A DNA stretch of 63,598 nucleotides, the filler included, from Saprolegnia diclina VS20 (Eukaryota), in the NCBI RefSeq assembly GCF_000281045.1. It is 9 parts of 5 records of this genome, joined end to end, with 100 filler letters (N's around TTAATTAATTAA, not from the genome) between each part and the next. Parts side by side here need not be neighbours in the genome. Positions count along the whole stretch, not along the records: positions 1 to 28,280 come from NW_008246231.1; positions 28,381 to 39,093 come from NW_008246234.1; 7 more parts are not named here. One strand, 5' to 3'. The notes under the pieces are model-generated. The model was not told the DNA's origin. It was given only the letters and a program-made list of their open reading frames with translations, and searched no databases. The translations under genes were made by a program, and so were the position numbers. Below, in pieces: positions 24,901 to 36,457 of this stretch (within the stretch, counting starts at the first letter, position 1; every line of letters starts with the position of its first letter).

Positions 24901-25685
24901 GTCCGACGACTTGTACGCCGGAATCGTGACGACAAGGCCACGCGTGAGAGCCTAATGCGTGATGGAAGCGAGAATGTGACGGTGCAGCGTCATCGTAGTA
25001 CGTTGTCAGCGGTGGTCATGGCCACGTCCTTGGCGAGACACGCCACGAAGATGGCGATGGCCTTCTCGAGCTTTTCGCCTTGGATGACGACGTGCTAGAT
25101 GAGTACATTGTATAGATATGTTGTGTCGTTCGATGCAATGGAGCACCTGCTGCAGCTCGAGCGATGTGGGCACGGGCTGCAGCGGACCCGAAAAGACGGT
25201 ACGGCCCACGAGCACGACGAAGAGCGTCGTTGTGTAGGCGTCGTCGGTCGTCGTCTTGTACAGTGTGACAAGGCGCGACGCGTCGAGCGCAGCATAAATG
25301 CGTCCGAGCGCGTCGACATTGAGGCGCTAGCAAGGACCATAGCGCGACCCCAATGTCGAGGAAGACGTACCGCGGCCACGTGCGCGCGAGCGATAAACTG
25401 TCCGCTGGATGCCGGTGATGCGAATGAGAGGCTGCTCGAGGTCGTTGTCACCGGCGTCGTTGGTCCTCGCTTCGTCGACACGATGGCTGGCGACGGCTCG
25501 AGGCGCCGGAAGTGGTCCAGGAGCATCGGGTATGGGTTGGGCGGTAGCTGCGTGGACGCAAAGAGCGCAGCAAAGAAGCGCTGCACCTCATCTTGGACCT
25601 CTGTGGCCTAGCACACGAGGTAGGAGCAGCGAGGCCATGGCGGGCGTACTGCTATGTACGCTGCCACCGAGCTGGCGCTGGCCAT
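22000..25685 (-). CDS. Multi-exon hypothetical protein with RIIa/Dpy-30-like docking motifs (exon structure only partly resolved)
   Basis: ATG 25685; intron 25608-25649 gives MASASSVAAYIA|ATEVQDEVQRFFAALFASTQLPPNPYPMLLDHF. Later exon LQAYLTEHVLPTLVDL. Chain of minus-strand coding-like ORFs separated by short AT-richer GT..AG segments, down to a stop near 22000. Confidence 0.5.
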
Positions 25686-26019
25686 CGTGAAAGATACCGT
25701 TTCGCACACTATTTACCGCGAGCCGTTCCATGGCATGGTTCCTCGCACGCACTTAATGCATGGCATGGTCACCGCGAAGGCAGGACATCGATGTATACAC
25801 TGCGTCATAGATCTCTGTGTACGCACGACGAAAGACTCCATCGGGCTCGGCGGCTCCGAGCAAGGACGGCGTTGGAACAATGACACACTATTTCGCAATG
25901 GACGCGAGAGATTTCAGCGAATGGCATCGCGTTCTGCCACGTGACGCGTTTGGATTGGTTAAAAAGATATACCATGGCCATCATCGCTGTTCGGACAAGA
26001 TCCTCACAACGCGAAGACG

Positions 26020-27063
26020 ATGGCGACCGGCGACCTCGTGCTCAAGGTCGCGACTGCGGACCAACTGTACGAAGCTGATGTGCATACGTACAGCTCGTGG
26101 GGTGCGCCACACCTGAGCCTGGAGCAGTACCTCAAGCGCGAGGCCCGGCTCCGCGACACGACGTTCGCCAAGGAGACGCTCACGGGCTACGTGCTCGTGC
26201 CGGCGGCCGACCCGGACACGCGCGACATCCTCGCGTACGTCGAAGTCTTTCGCCGCCCGAGCGTTATTTACCCATCATCCGCCTCGCCCAAGGTCTACAT
26301 CGATGGCTTTAGCATCGGGTCCGTCTACACGCCCGTGGCGCACCGCAAGAAGGGCTATGCGACGACGATGCTGGCACTGGTCGTGGAGCGGCTCCGCGCC
26401 GCATCGACGGGCTACGTGCTCTCAAACCTCTACTCGGACATTGGCCCAACGTACTATGCGACAAAGGGCTGGCGCGTGCATCGGTCGGACGAGGCAACGA
26501 TCCCAGTGGCTGCGATATTGCCGCCAGCCGCCTCGCCAGCCTCGGCCGTCCTCTACTCGATCGACTCGCATTCCGCGCTATTGCACGCGGCCCAAGGGTC
26601 CCAGCGCCTCCTGGACGCGTCGCTTGCGCCCGGCCAGTGCGCCTTTGTCGTGACGGCGAGCTGCATCGAGTGGTTCGCGGCGCGCAGCCACTTTTATGCC
26701 AAAACGCTCAAGCAAATGGCGTCGCTCCCGACGTCGCTCGGCGGCTACAAGGTCGGCGCCAACAGCAAAGTCACGGACGCTGTGCTATGGACGCACAACT
26801 TTCGCGACGACCAGCTCGTCGTGCTGCACTGGAACGTCCAAGCCGAGAACGCGTCGGCCTTTCTCTCGCTTGCGGCCAAGGAAGCGACCGCGTGGCAGCT
26901 CAAGGAGATTGCCATTTGGAATGCTGATCTCCCGACAGAGCTCCGCCACTTGAATAACACGGCGCGCGAGGACTCGCTCTCGTCGCTTCTCGTGCAAACG
27001 CTTCCGGACGCGACCGAAGCGACGCTCGAATGGGTTAGCAACGAAAAGTATGCATGGGTCTAG
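26020..27063 (+). CDS. GNAT-family acetyltransferase (fungal LYC1-like lysine acetyltransferase type)
   Basis: WGAPHLSLEQYLKRE, acetyl-CoA-binding SVYTPVAHRKKGYATTML, and LYSDIGPTYYATKGW. Single exon, divergent from the preceding gene. Confidence 0.8.
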   Translation: MATGDLVLKVATADQLYEADVHTYSSWGAPHLSLEQYLKREARLRDTTFAKETLTGYVLVPAADPDTRDILAYVEVFRRPSVIYPSSASPKVYIDGFSIGSVYTPVAHRKKGYATTMLALVVERLRAASTGYVLSNLYSDIGPTYYATKGWRVHRSDEATIPVAAILPPAASPASAVLYSIDSHSALLHAAQGSQRLLDASLAPGQCAFVVTASCIEWFAARSHFYAKTLKQMASLPTSLGGYKVGANSKVTDAVLWTHNFRDDQLVVLHWNVQAENASAFLSLAAKEATAWQLKEIAIWNADLPTELRHLNNTAREDSLSSLLVQTLPDATEATLEWVSNEKYAWV

Positions 27064-28280
27064 TCGTATCATCCCGCGCACGGTCTACGGTAGTCTAGTA
27101 GCGAGCCACAACTCGTGAATTCACTGAACAATGCGCGGATATGTCTGTCTTGGCTAGCATAAGCTACGAGGGCTGCTCGGTAAGCAGCTCGATGCAACAA
27201 TGTCCCGATCATGCCCCTTCCAAAGCCTCAACGGAGTGACTGCTTCACATCTGTGACCGGCGATGTGTTGTCGACATCTACGGTGTGCGTGTGCTCTACC
27301 GAGCGACCCTCTACTGTAGTGTGCGCATTCCTATACAAACACTCGTTGATGGACAACCTCGACCTCTTCACGAGGGCTATCTCGGGTTACTCTCGTATCG
27401 CCGCCGCTTCGATACCTTTACTCTGTCGAGATACCGACAGCAGTAGCGCGTTCAATGGCGGCAGCTTCTCGCTGCACCGCCAGTAGAGCGGATCCAAGTA
27501 CTATGAGACTCTTCTGAGCGCCAGCCAACCGTCTGCAACGGTGGGCAGTCGTGGCCACCCGTCGCGCCTCCTCAAGATCGAATTTCTCGAAAATTCCATG
27601 GCATACAACCACCAAGAGATCGCGATCTATTTCAGCAGCCAATCAATGGGCGCGAAACCGATGGCGTCAAAGTGTCGATTTGGTTTTGGACTAAAAAGTA
27701 TGCTTACTACTTGGTGTTTGTATGTATATGTAATCGAGCTTTTGACGGGTGAAATGAATGGTGGGATGCCACCCCGCAAATTTGCGAGTTTGCCCTTGGA
27801 GCTCAGAACACGATTTAGAATTGCGAAGTCAAGCCGCCTGCCAATGGCAAGCGAACGCTTGGGGAAATTCCCCGGACCGTAGGGCAGCAAGTGCCGGCCA
27901 TAACGGCAGACCGCTTCTTTTGGACGCTGCGGAGATGGCACTTCGGTGCCGGAGCACGTGCTGATGAAGGAAGTCTGATCGTCATACCACAGTTATGCAA
28001 TTGGCCCCTGGCAACGTCGACGTCGTGCGGCAGCCAGTGGGTTAACCCAACGGGGATCACTCATGTCGTGTTCTCCACGACACCCTTGACGTAAGAAGCT
28101 TATCGGTGTTTCTCAACACAGATCGCACCATGGTACGTACTGCACTCTCTCGATTTTGTATTCTGTATTCTGCATGTGTGCGCTATGATGATACATTTTC
28201 CCTTAAACATTCGCAGTGTTCTGCTGACAGCACCGGGTTGCCACCCGTTCTGCTGAGAGAGGCTCTCATTTCCTTGGATG

Positions 28281-28380
28281 NNNNNNNNNNNNNNNNNNNN
28301 NNNNNNNNNNNNNNNNNNNNNNNNTTAATTAATTAANNNNNNNNNNNNNNNNNNNNNNNNNNNNNNNNNNNNNNNNNNNN
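28281..28380. other. Artificial contig linker N44-TTAATTAATTAA-N44
   Basis: Six-frame stop spacer. Identical linkers at 39094-39193, 41981-42080, 43948-44047, 48752-48851, 57627-57726, 59886-59985 and 61523-61622. Confidence 0.97.
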
Positions 28381-28528
28381 GGCTCGAGGCTAAAGACGGG
28401 CTGCGTGTACGTCATCGGGATGCTCGTGAACGCGGACGATTTGTCTGAAACGTTGGCGACAAGCACCTCTTGGACCCCCGACGTCAGATTCAAAATGTAA
28501 AAGCCGCCAAACTCCTTGCACCACTTTT
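28381..28528 (-). repeat. 148-nt duplicate of an internal part (32817-32964) of the downstream membrane-protein gene
   Basis: Same orientation, 3 mismatches, all synonymous; encodes KWCKEFGGFYILNLTSGVQEVLVANVSDK... Confidence 0.9.
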
Positions 28529-31500
28529 CATGATGGCCTTGGACGTGCCGTTGGCAGCCATGAGCGCCGCTGCGATTGTGTCTGCACATGACGTGAGGAG
28601 GGTCGGGAGAATTGCAATCTCGTACGGCTCGAAAAGGAGGCGAAGGCGGTCGCAGAGGCGCTTCATGACGGACCAGGATCCTTGGCAGGCGTTTGGGTGG
28701 GACAGATTCATCGCACTCTTGAGGCGCAGAGTGACCAGAAGCTGCTGGTGGGCAGCGATACAATAGTTCTTGAGGACGGCAGAGACATGCGGTCACCAAA
28801 CGTCTCGCCCGTCGTCGCCTTGGTAGTCATCGAGAATCAACGGACATTCATCCTGGACCGCAAAGCATGAGCGGCGACCCACCGCACGTTGGGTAGCCTC
28901 GGACGATACCGTGGCGTCGTCGTGGCGGTGCACGACCAAACGCATCGCACTTGGCCATGAGCGTCGGCACAATCGTGTCGAGAAACTGCCGCATGCCGTT
29001 GGCCAACACCGAAAGCGGCGAGATGCGACTCATTCTCGGCGCCAGATGGGGAGACCGTCGCTACAAGTGCAGAAGACGACGCCTACTGCGTGTCAATACG
29101 GTCAATTGCGTTTTCTACGTTTTAAAAGCAATTTACATCTGTGTTTGAGCATTGTATGCGTCGTAGGCCTGCAGCGACGACGAATCACGGTCTGCTTTGC
29201 TCTTCAAAGTGTCTTCTATCACTGTACTCCCTATGGGCGATTCCGTTTCGAACGTGATGTTGTCGGCAAGCGGCGTCGGCGTCCTGGGTGATGCCGCTAA
29301 GATGGCACTAAGCTCTTAGTTGGGAGTGCGATGTGCCTCTCAGATGGCACTACGATCTTAGTTTGGCGCGCACCTTGGATCGCGTCTCGCTATCGCTGTA
29401 CGNNNNNNNNNNNNNNNNNNNNNNNNNNNNNNNNNNNNNNNNNNNNNNNNNNNNNNNNNNNNNNNNNNNNNNNNNNNNNNNNNNNNNNNNNNNNNNNNNN
29501 NNGTTGGCCAACACCGGGATCTTTTCCATGACGTCGTACTTGCCCCGCATGCGTGACTGCGAGCGCGAACTTGCGCGACAAGCGCTGCTGAAGCGTCTCC
29601 AGCTCGTCCACATCGTTGTTGACCTTCTTGGTCGTCACGTTCGGGTCGGCGGCTCGCTTCAGCTCTTCGCGAGCTTGCGCCGCCAAGTGGCCTTCTACTT
29701 GGTCTTGGTGTGCAGCACGTCGTCCGCGCGCCAGCAATCTTGTGCTGGCTGCCGTGTGCAAGCAGCAGGACGTTAAGCGTGACGTGCTCGAGATGAGCAC
29801 CATTTATCTCTGCGCCGCGAGATGACGAGCGCGGTCTGAACGCGACGCGGCGCGCGCGCAGCGCCCATTTCTGCGCTGGCGACGGCGTGGCTCGTCATCG
29901 CGGCGCTTGGAATTTGCCCTTGCTTTTCATGCTTGCTAGTGTTGTCCTGTTATTTATCCTCGAAACGACGCGACACGGTCGAGGCCATCGTCTGCACTCC
30001 TGGCACAAACGCCCAAGGTTGTCCCTGTCGGCGTTTGTTTCGGCGCATCAACTCGTGCACTTCTTTAGATGCTGCGCGAAAAGGCCCTCGACATATACCT
30101 CACGTAATCGCACAACGTCAAAGCGATGGAGTTTCTCCGAGTGCCACGTCATATTTTGCAACCTCCGATACACGAAGTCGCATAAACGCGTAGTGACCAT
30201 ACCGGAATATCTCCACGGGTGCGGAAGCCCGAGCATTGCGAGCTGCAAGCCTCTCGTTCCAATCACTCCACAGAATGTGATGGCTCTGGACGTAGTTGCT
30301 CCATGACGACCTTGGCCGCGTCTTCGTGAGGTGCGCTGCCACAATTTTAGAGCCGGCTGTCACCTGGTGCATGTTGCAACCGGATTATTTGTCCGGATAC
30401 GTCACCCGATGGTTTGTCGCATGATTGTTCAGCTCTGAGTTTGCAGTTGGCCCGGCCCTCTTGAAGTGATCGCTCCGGTCGCTCGTCATGCTGCACCTCA
30501 CGTCTACAGGGCGCGTCCATAGTCCAAGCCGTCTCTTCAACCCCATAGTGAAGCCTCTGGCTCACGGCCACGAGCACGGAGCCGTCGACCACACTGCGAT
30601 CGCCACGCTCCAGAGCTCGCCGACGAGAACGACTATACAGGCGTCGTGCATTGGTAGCCTCGTACGACTGACCGCTCGCCCAAGCTCTCGCACATCAATG
30701 CGCTGATCATCGCCCGGCCGGCCTTGCGCTGGATCCTCTCCGAGCCCGGGGGCACAGCCTACGGCGCGTCATGGCCATCGTCCGTGCCCTCGCCTTGCAG
30801 GTGGCTCGAGGCATCCGCCGAAGCGTACGTCTCTGCCTATAATAGGTGATGCACAGGCACTCTGACATCGTCACTGTAGACTTAGCGCAGGACCTATAAG
30901 CGCCGCACGACGTGCAACAAGTCGGCCCGACGGCACACCTCTGGCCAATTCTGCCAACGGCCTCGCTGTCACGTTGCATAGGTGCTCCTGCAAGCTCGAT
31001 AGACCAGCAACGAGTCATGCCATGGTCGCCGCGACGTCCACCTCCAGAGCGGTGGCCGGGCAAGGCCATCCGTACATGTAGTCCTCCTGCAGTCGTATGC
31101 GCCATCACTGCAATTTTTGGTCGACTCTTGTATCGGCAGCGAAAGAGCCATGGAGTTTGATGGTCTTTATAAAAGCGTTTTGCCGAGGTATTACATCTAT
31201 CGATGCATCTGAATGCAGTGTCCAAGGATTTTGAGAGGGTAGAGCTAACGATTTCGGCCACGATCGCGCAAAAGCCAACATCGCTGGGAACGCAGCCACG
31301 AGCTCCCGTCCAGACGTCGTTCACTGCATCTATGGTCAAGTTCCGCGCCGCCACAAGAGCGTCAAAGAAGACTCTGGTATTGAGAGGCATCACCTTGTGT
31401 CGAAGTACAGGCCAATCATGGCGTTCCGCGACGTCTGCAACTGGACGACGTTGCATCGCATCCGATGTTTTGCGTGCTATCCTCAAAGAGTTCTCCCACC

Positions 31501-31567
31501 GAAACGCGAATGATTAAACCACATACAGATATGTCATTCATAAAACATGCAATCGAGACCGTAAGCG

Positions 31568-33667
31568 TCAGTAAAGGTCGGGAATACCGAGCCACGCGGG
31601 GCGCGACGAAAGCTTCACCAACGACTCCATCGTCACGTTCTCGTCGAACGCGACACGATGGCCATCGTGGATGACGGCGACGTGCCCGAGGGGGTTCTCG
31701 AGCGGCCGCGCGAATCCCCACTCGGAGACGGCAACGACGTGAACGCCGCCGTACGCGAGACACACAAACCCCTCGGACGCCAAATTGAGCGACTCGCAGA
31801 GCATGAGCGGCGGCACCTTGGCGCGCGTCATCTGCAGCGCAATCTCGGGCGCCATGCGGTGCGTCGACTCCATGAGGACTTTGTGCAGATTCGAGGTGAC
31901 TGCTTTCGGGTCCACGGGCTCTTTGGCCAGGCGCAGCGACATGAGCGAGACAAGGATGCTGTTGCTGCTGTGCGTCACCGCGTGCCAGACGACGTCGACA
32001 AGAAAGGTCGCCGCCGACGAGAGAATCGTAAAGTAGCCAAAGAGCTTGAAGTAGAGCGTGAGGCAGTTGATCTGCGTCCCGTAGACGTTCAAGATCGAGT
32101 TGGCGTAGTGGCTCACGATGGCGCCCGTCCAGCGGTAGCCTTGGAAGAGACTCATGCCCTGGTTTGTCACGTAGATTGGAATGTAGATCCACACCACTGG
32201 GGCGCCGAGGAGGAAGAGGTCTTCGGACATGGCAAACGCGCGCTTGGGCCCGAGGAACACCTCGACGAGCCGCGATGCAAGCAGGAGTAAAAATGCACAG
32301 GGCCAAATGATGCGCGTGATCGACATGTACTTGAGCGCGAGCTGCGTGAGGGACGAACCGGCGTAGATGACTTGCTGGCAGTACATCACCACGTCCTCCG
32401 TGCTCGCAAACGCCTCGAGCGTCAGCAAGAGCAAGATAAAGAGGTTGTGTCGCTCGCGCTTGTGCAAGACCAAGCCAAAGTTGCGGCGCCGCAGCCACCG
32501 GAAGAGCGGCTGGCGCTGTCGAAGATACACGAGCAGAATGGGATAGTAGACGGACGAGGCGCGGTAGTACGTAATGACACCGATGATCCCGAGCCGGTAC
32601 GAGTCCTTGTACGACGGACGAATCTGCGTCAAGTCGCCTTCCGAGTAGTGGGTTGTCGTGACAAAGACCGACGAAGCGCCGCGAGTCACGACGTTGGCGT
32701 ACGCCGTCCGCGTCGTCCGCGCCGACCACGGCGCCGACGTGTCGCCGTACCACGCTGACGTCGAGATATGGGTGGCGGTGCCGCCAATGTGGATTTCGGC
32801 AGCGCACCCCAGAAGCGGCTCGAGGCTAAAGACGGGCTGCGTGTACGTCATCGGGATGCTCGTGAACGCGGACGATTTGTCAGAAACGTTGGCGACAAGC
32901 ACCTCTTGGACACCAGACGTCAGATTCAAAATGTAAAAGCCGCCAAACTCCTTGCACCACTTTTTCGTTTCCGTTTGGCTCACGCGGTAGTTGATGACGC
33001 GGCCGTTGGTCGTGACGTACTCGTCGCACGGGAAGCTGTCGCCTTCGCCGAGCGGAGTAAGGCAGTTGCGGTCGGCAGAGCTCGTCTGGACCGACCACTG
33101 CGTCGTCACGGTCGTGCGGCCATCGGGCAGGTCGACGCGGTGGCCGTTGGGAAACGTGCAGTTGCCAAAGAAATTGCTTATGTGCTGGGTCGGACCCTTG
33201 TCGGTGGGGTAGTAGGACCGGCAGGTCGCACCAGCGAGGGACCCGGTGCCGTAGACGGGTAGCTCAAAGTAGCAGTCCAGGAACGGACCGCTCATTGGGC
33301 AGACGCGGGATGAGACGTTGTTGAAATTGTTGGCGACCGTGAGCTGCCACACGACGTTTTGGTTGTTGCTGTCGAGGTAGATGAAGTAGCCGTAAATCGT
33401 CTTGAGCGGGTCCACGAGCGAGTTGATGGTGACGAGCACCCAGAGTGCAAAGACGGCGATCGCGATCGGGTTGAGACGGTCGTCGGTGGTTGCGCCCTTG
33501 ACCAACGTCGCACTTTTGAGCGTCGCACCATTGACGTCCTTGGCCTCGGATTTTCTGGTCTCTGGGAGCACGTCGTCGAGCTGGACCGAATGGCGCTGCC
33601 CGCTGGCTTCGGCTGGCAACGTCAATACCTCGTTCGCACTTGGCGCGTCGCCCGATGTCGTCACCAT
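31568..33667 (-). CDS. Multi-pass membrane protein with a large Cys/N-glycan-rich loop after TM1
   Basis: About 699-aa ORF from ATG 33667; TM IAIAVFALWVLVTI, several NxS/T sites, about 5-6 C-terminal TM helices; strong coding bias. Confidence 0.75.
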   Translation of the reverse strand: MVTTSGDAPSANEVLTLPAEASGQRHSVQLDDVLPETRKSEAKDVNGATLKSATLVKGATTDDRLNPIAIAVFALWVLVTINSLVDPLKTIYGYFIYLDSNNQNVVWQLTVANNFNNVSSRVCPMSGPFLDCYFELPVYGTGSLAGATCRSYYPTDKGPTQHISNFFGNCTFPNGHRVDLPDGRTTVTTQWSVQTSSADRNCLTPLGEGDSFPCDEYVTTNGRVINYRVSQTETKKWCKEFGGFYILNLTSGVQEVLVANVSDKSSAFTSIPMTYTQPVFSLEPLLGCAAEIHIGGTATHISTSAWYGDTSAPWSARTTRTAYANVVTRGASSVFVTTTHYSEGDLTQIRPSYKDSYRLGIIGVITYYRASSVYYPILLVYLRQRQPLFRWLRRRNFGLVLHKRERHNLFILLLLTLEAFASTEDVVMYCQQVIYAGSSLTQLALKYMSITRIIWPCAFLLLLASRLVEVFLGPKRAFAMSEDLFLLGAPVVWIYIPIYVTNQGMSLFQGYRWTGAIVSHYANSILNVYGTQINCLTLYFKLFGYFTILSSAATFLVDVVWHAVTHSSNSILVSLMSLRLAKEPVDPKAVTSNLHKVLMESTHRMAPEIALQMTRAKVPPLMLCESLNLASEGFVCLAYGGVHVVAVSEWGFARPLENPLGHVAVIHDGHRVAFDENVTMESLVKLSSRPAWLGIPDLY

Positions 33668-34378
33668 TGCGGGTGTGGACGATGCGTCGGATTTGTTTCT
33701 GACGCGCCTCGTGGCTGTTTCACCGCTCGCGCGCCCTTTGGCGTAACGCCAACGCGAGTAATCGCCATGCACAGTGACGAGAGCGACAGTATCTGACGCT
33801 TGATAAACGAGATACTGCTGCATCTCCTTTCTTGTGCGTCGGACACGCCCTAAAGAGAAGCAGGGTTGCTCAAGCGGCTCTGTGCAGCACACAGAAAGAA
33901 GACTTTGCCACCATTGACAGCAGGGGCGGGACAACCAAGTGGTAGCCAAAACCGCCGTGAAGGCAAAGCACATGCTCCATCTTGCGCCGTCTTTTTAAAG
34001 GTCCAACCGACGAAACCCACAACCGACGCCCCTCGTGACTAGATGCACTGCGTTGCTTCCGCAATAGTCCAACAACACATGCTGCCTCTGCGCGGTGTAC
34101 CCCATCGGAAGAGCCGCCGTGCCGGAACTCGTTCGGGATTGATAGCCTTGAAGGAAAACCTCCCACAATAAATCACCAAAAACACAAACACGCCCGCCTC
34201 TCAACGCCACCGTGACCAGAAAAACCTGTAGGAAATAATATCTTAATAGACTCATTCCAACAACAATAGTCCAACAATGACATAAATATCGACTTGATAC
34301 TTTCGAACGCCAAGGTATGTTATCGTCGTTGGTACGAGCATTGAGGAACGCATCCAACTAAATTCATCGATGCTTGCA

Positions 34379-36457
34379 TTAGTGAATCGACGTCTCCAAT
34401 TGCTGGCGCATCGACTCGACGACAGTGACAAGGTGGTCGACGGTGGCTTGCAGCGTCGCGATTTTGTCGTCCGGCGTCGCTTCGGCGTCGTCGTTGCCGC
34501 GGGTGTAGTCTTGCATGGCGAGCTCCTGCTTGGAGACGGACTCGTCAAAGATCGGGTTGCGCACGCGGCCGCTCGGGAGGGCAAAGTGCAGGAGCTGCTC
34601 GCGCTCGGCCTGCGTTTGGCCCAACGCGATCTCGAGCCGGAGCACGCAGCGCGCGTACGACGCGAGGGCCCGCGCCTGCAGCTTGTCCCAGTTGCCGTCC
34701 ACCGTCTTGTTCATCATCGCCAGCAGCAAGTTGAGAAGCAGCACGACCATGACCGCGCAGTGAAACATGCGCAAAACCAGGCCAAAATGCAGCAGCACGT
34801 CGGGTAAAACGTGGTTCCCGTCGCCGTCCTTGAGGGTAAAGTCGTCGCCGCCGTTGTCTCCATAGAGCACAAAGTACGTCGCGCGGAAGCTGGCCCAGAG
34901 CGTCTTGTAGCTGTCGGACTTTTGCTGAAAGATAAAGTAATACGCGCACGTGAGGCCGCACTGGAAGACGCCGTAGAAGATGAGAAAGTCCCACACGTCG
35001 CCCATGACGTCCTTGACGATCGGGAGGAGGTACCCGGCCGTGCGGTTGACCTCGAGGAACTGCAGCGAGAGCATCCAGAGACTGAGCGTGAGGAAGGCGC
35101 CGAGACAGAGGTAGACCTCCTTGAGACTGCCCGAGAGCGGGGCGCAGAGGCGCCAAAAGTGCAGTGGCGTGAACACAAAGATGACGCAGAGGTGGGTGAG
35201 GAGCTGGAGCTTGTTGACGTGCGACGCGTAGTAGCGGCGGTACGTCGGGAGGAACGGCGTCATGAACGGCAGCACGAGGATGAGAAGAAGGATCCAAACG
35301 GCCTTGCGAAGTCCGCCGCTGGCCTCGATGCGCTCAAAGATCCACGGATCTTCGCCGAGCACTTCACGGTACTCGAGCAAGAGAAAGTACACTGCGCAGC
35401 CAAAGAGCACGGCCAATGTAAAGTACAAGTTGAAGAGCACGGTGGCCTCGACGACGGCTTCGCCCGCGCTCGGGATCGCCAGCGTCAAGACAAGCACGAG
35501 CGGTGTCGCCACGAGGAGCGTCCATACGAGAACCCGGTGGAGCAGCCACGTCTTGGCCTTGGCCTTGTAAAAAACCACGTTGGGGATCACGAACGACGCC
35601 TCGAGGATGTCCATGCCGTCGTACATGCGCCGCGTGAGCCGCGCAAACGTCATGGGCTCCAAGTAGTGCAAGTGGAGGCTGGCGACGGCGCTGAAGACGA
35701 GGAAGACGACCCAGATGACAAAGCTCGCTTCGATGCGCAGCGCGCGCTTCTCGGCGGCGCGATACGCGGGGTCGTTGACGTCGAGGGTCTTGAGGGCGTC
35801 GATGCGCTTGAACGCGAAGGCGCTCATGACGACCATGGTCATGGCCATGAGCATCGCGACGAAGAGGAGGACGTGCTGGTAGTACTTGCGCGCGCCAAAG
35901 AGCTCCCACTTGATGTCCAGCACACGCTGCAAGACGACGTGGCTCAAGACGCTGAGCTTCTCGTCGTCCTCGTACGCGAGGATGTGGCCGTTGAGCACCG
36001 AGTACAAGGCCGAGCTCTTGATGTGGTACTTGCCGTAGATCGCGTCGAGGTCCTTGAACGTGAGGTTGTACCGGCCATCGCTGTTGACAAACTGGTTTAG
36101 GTACCGCAGCGCGGCGGCCGGGTCGCTCCCGAGGGCCTGGCGGAAGAGCCGCTCGCTGAACGCTGCGCCGTCGGCCACGTTGAGCTCGGCGCGCAGGTGC
36201 TCGTGATACGGATGGTGGGGCGTCGTCGCGCGGTAGTGGGCCTCGCTGCGCAAGAGTGCGGCGCACGGGTGGTTGCCGCGGCGCAGCGCGTGCTCGAGCG
36301 GCGACATGCCGCCAAAGTCTTCGAGGGCAATGTCGGCCGTCGGGTCGAGCAGGAGCTTCTCGAGAAGGAGGAGGTCGCCGTCCTCGCACGCGCGGTGGAG
36401 CGCTGTGCGGCCGTTGGCGTCGACGCCCAGCACGCTCATGCCCCGCGACTCTCGCAT
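34379..36457 (-). CDS. Ankyrin-repeat TRP-like cation channel, copy 1 (complete)
   Basis: Ankyrin motifs GRTALHRAC and GMSPLEHA; pre-S1 LDIKWELFG; S5 DVWDFLIFYGVFQCG; pore helix/filter SFRATYFVLYGD; S6 LLLNLLLAMMNKT; TRP-box-like WDKLQARAL; C-terminal coiled coil. Confidence 0.8.
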   Translation of the reverse strand: MRESRGMSVLGVDANGRTALHRACEDGDLLLLEKLLLDPTADIALEDFGGMSPLEHALRRGNHPCAALLRSEAHYRATTPHHPYHEHLRAELNVADGAAFSERLFRQALGSDPAAALRYLNQFVNSDGRYNLTFKDLDAIYGKYHIKSSALYSVLNGHILAYEDDEKLSVLSHVVLQRVLDIKWELFGARKYYQHVLLFVAMLMAMTMVVMSAFAFKRIDALKTLDVNDPAYRAAEKRALRIEASFVIWVVFLVFSAVASLHLHYLEPMTFARLTRRMYDGMDILEASFVIPNVVFYKAKAKTWLLHRVLVWTLLVATPLVLVLTLAIPSAGEAVVEATVLFNLYFTLAVLFGCAVYFLLLEYREVLGEDPWIFERIEASGGLRKAVWILLLILVLPFMTPFLPTYRRYYASHVNKLQLLTHLCVIFVFTPLHFWRLCAPLSGSLKEVYLCLGAFLTLSLWMLSLQFLEVNRTAGYLLPIVKDVMGDVWDFLIFYGVFQCGLTCAYYFIFQQKSDSYKTLWASFRATYFVLYGDNGGDDFTLKDGDGNHVLPDVLLHFGLVLRMFHCAVMVVLLLNLLLAMMNKTVDGNWDKLQARALASYARCVLRLEIALGQTQAEREQLLHFALPSGRVRNPIFDESVSKQELAMQDYTRGNDDAEATPDDKIATLQATVDHLVTVVESMRQQLETSIH

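Noticed and set aside
29503..31500. Short ORFs after the gap
   Set aside because: Fragmentary, in inconsistent frames, with no identifiable domain; at most decayed gene pieces.
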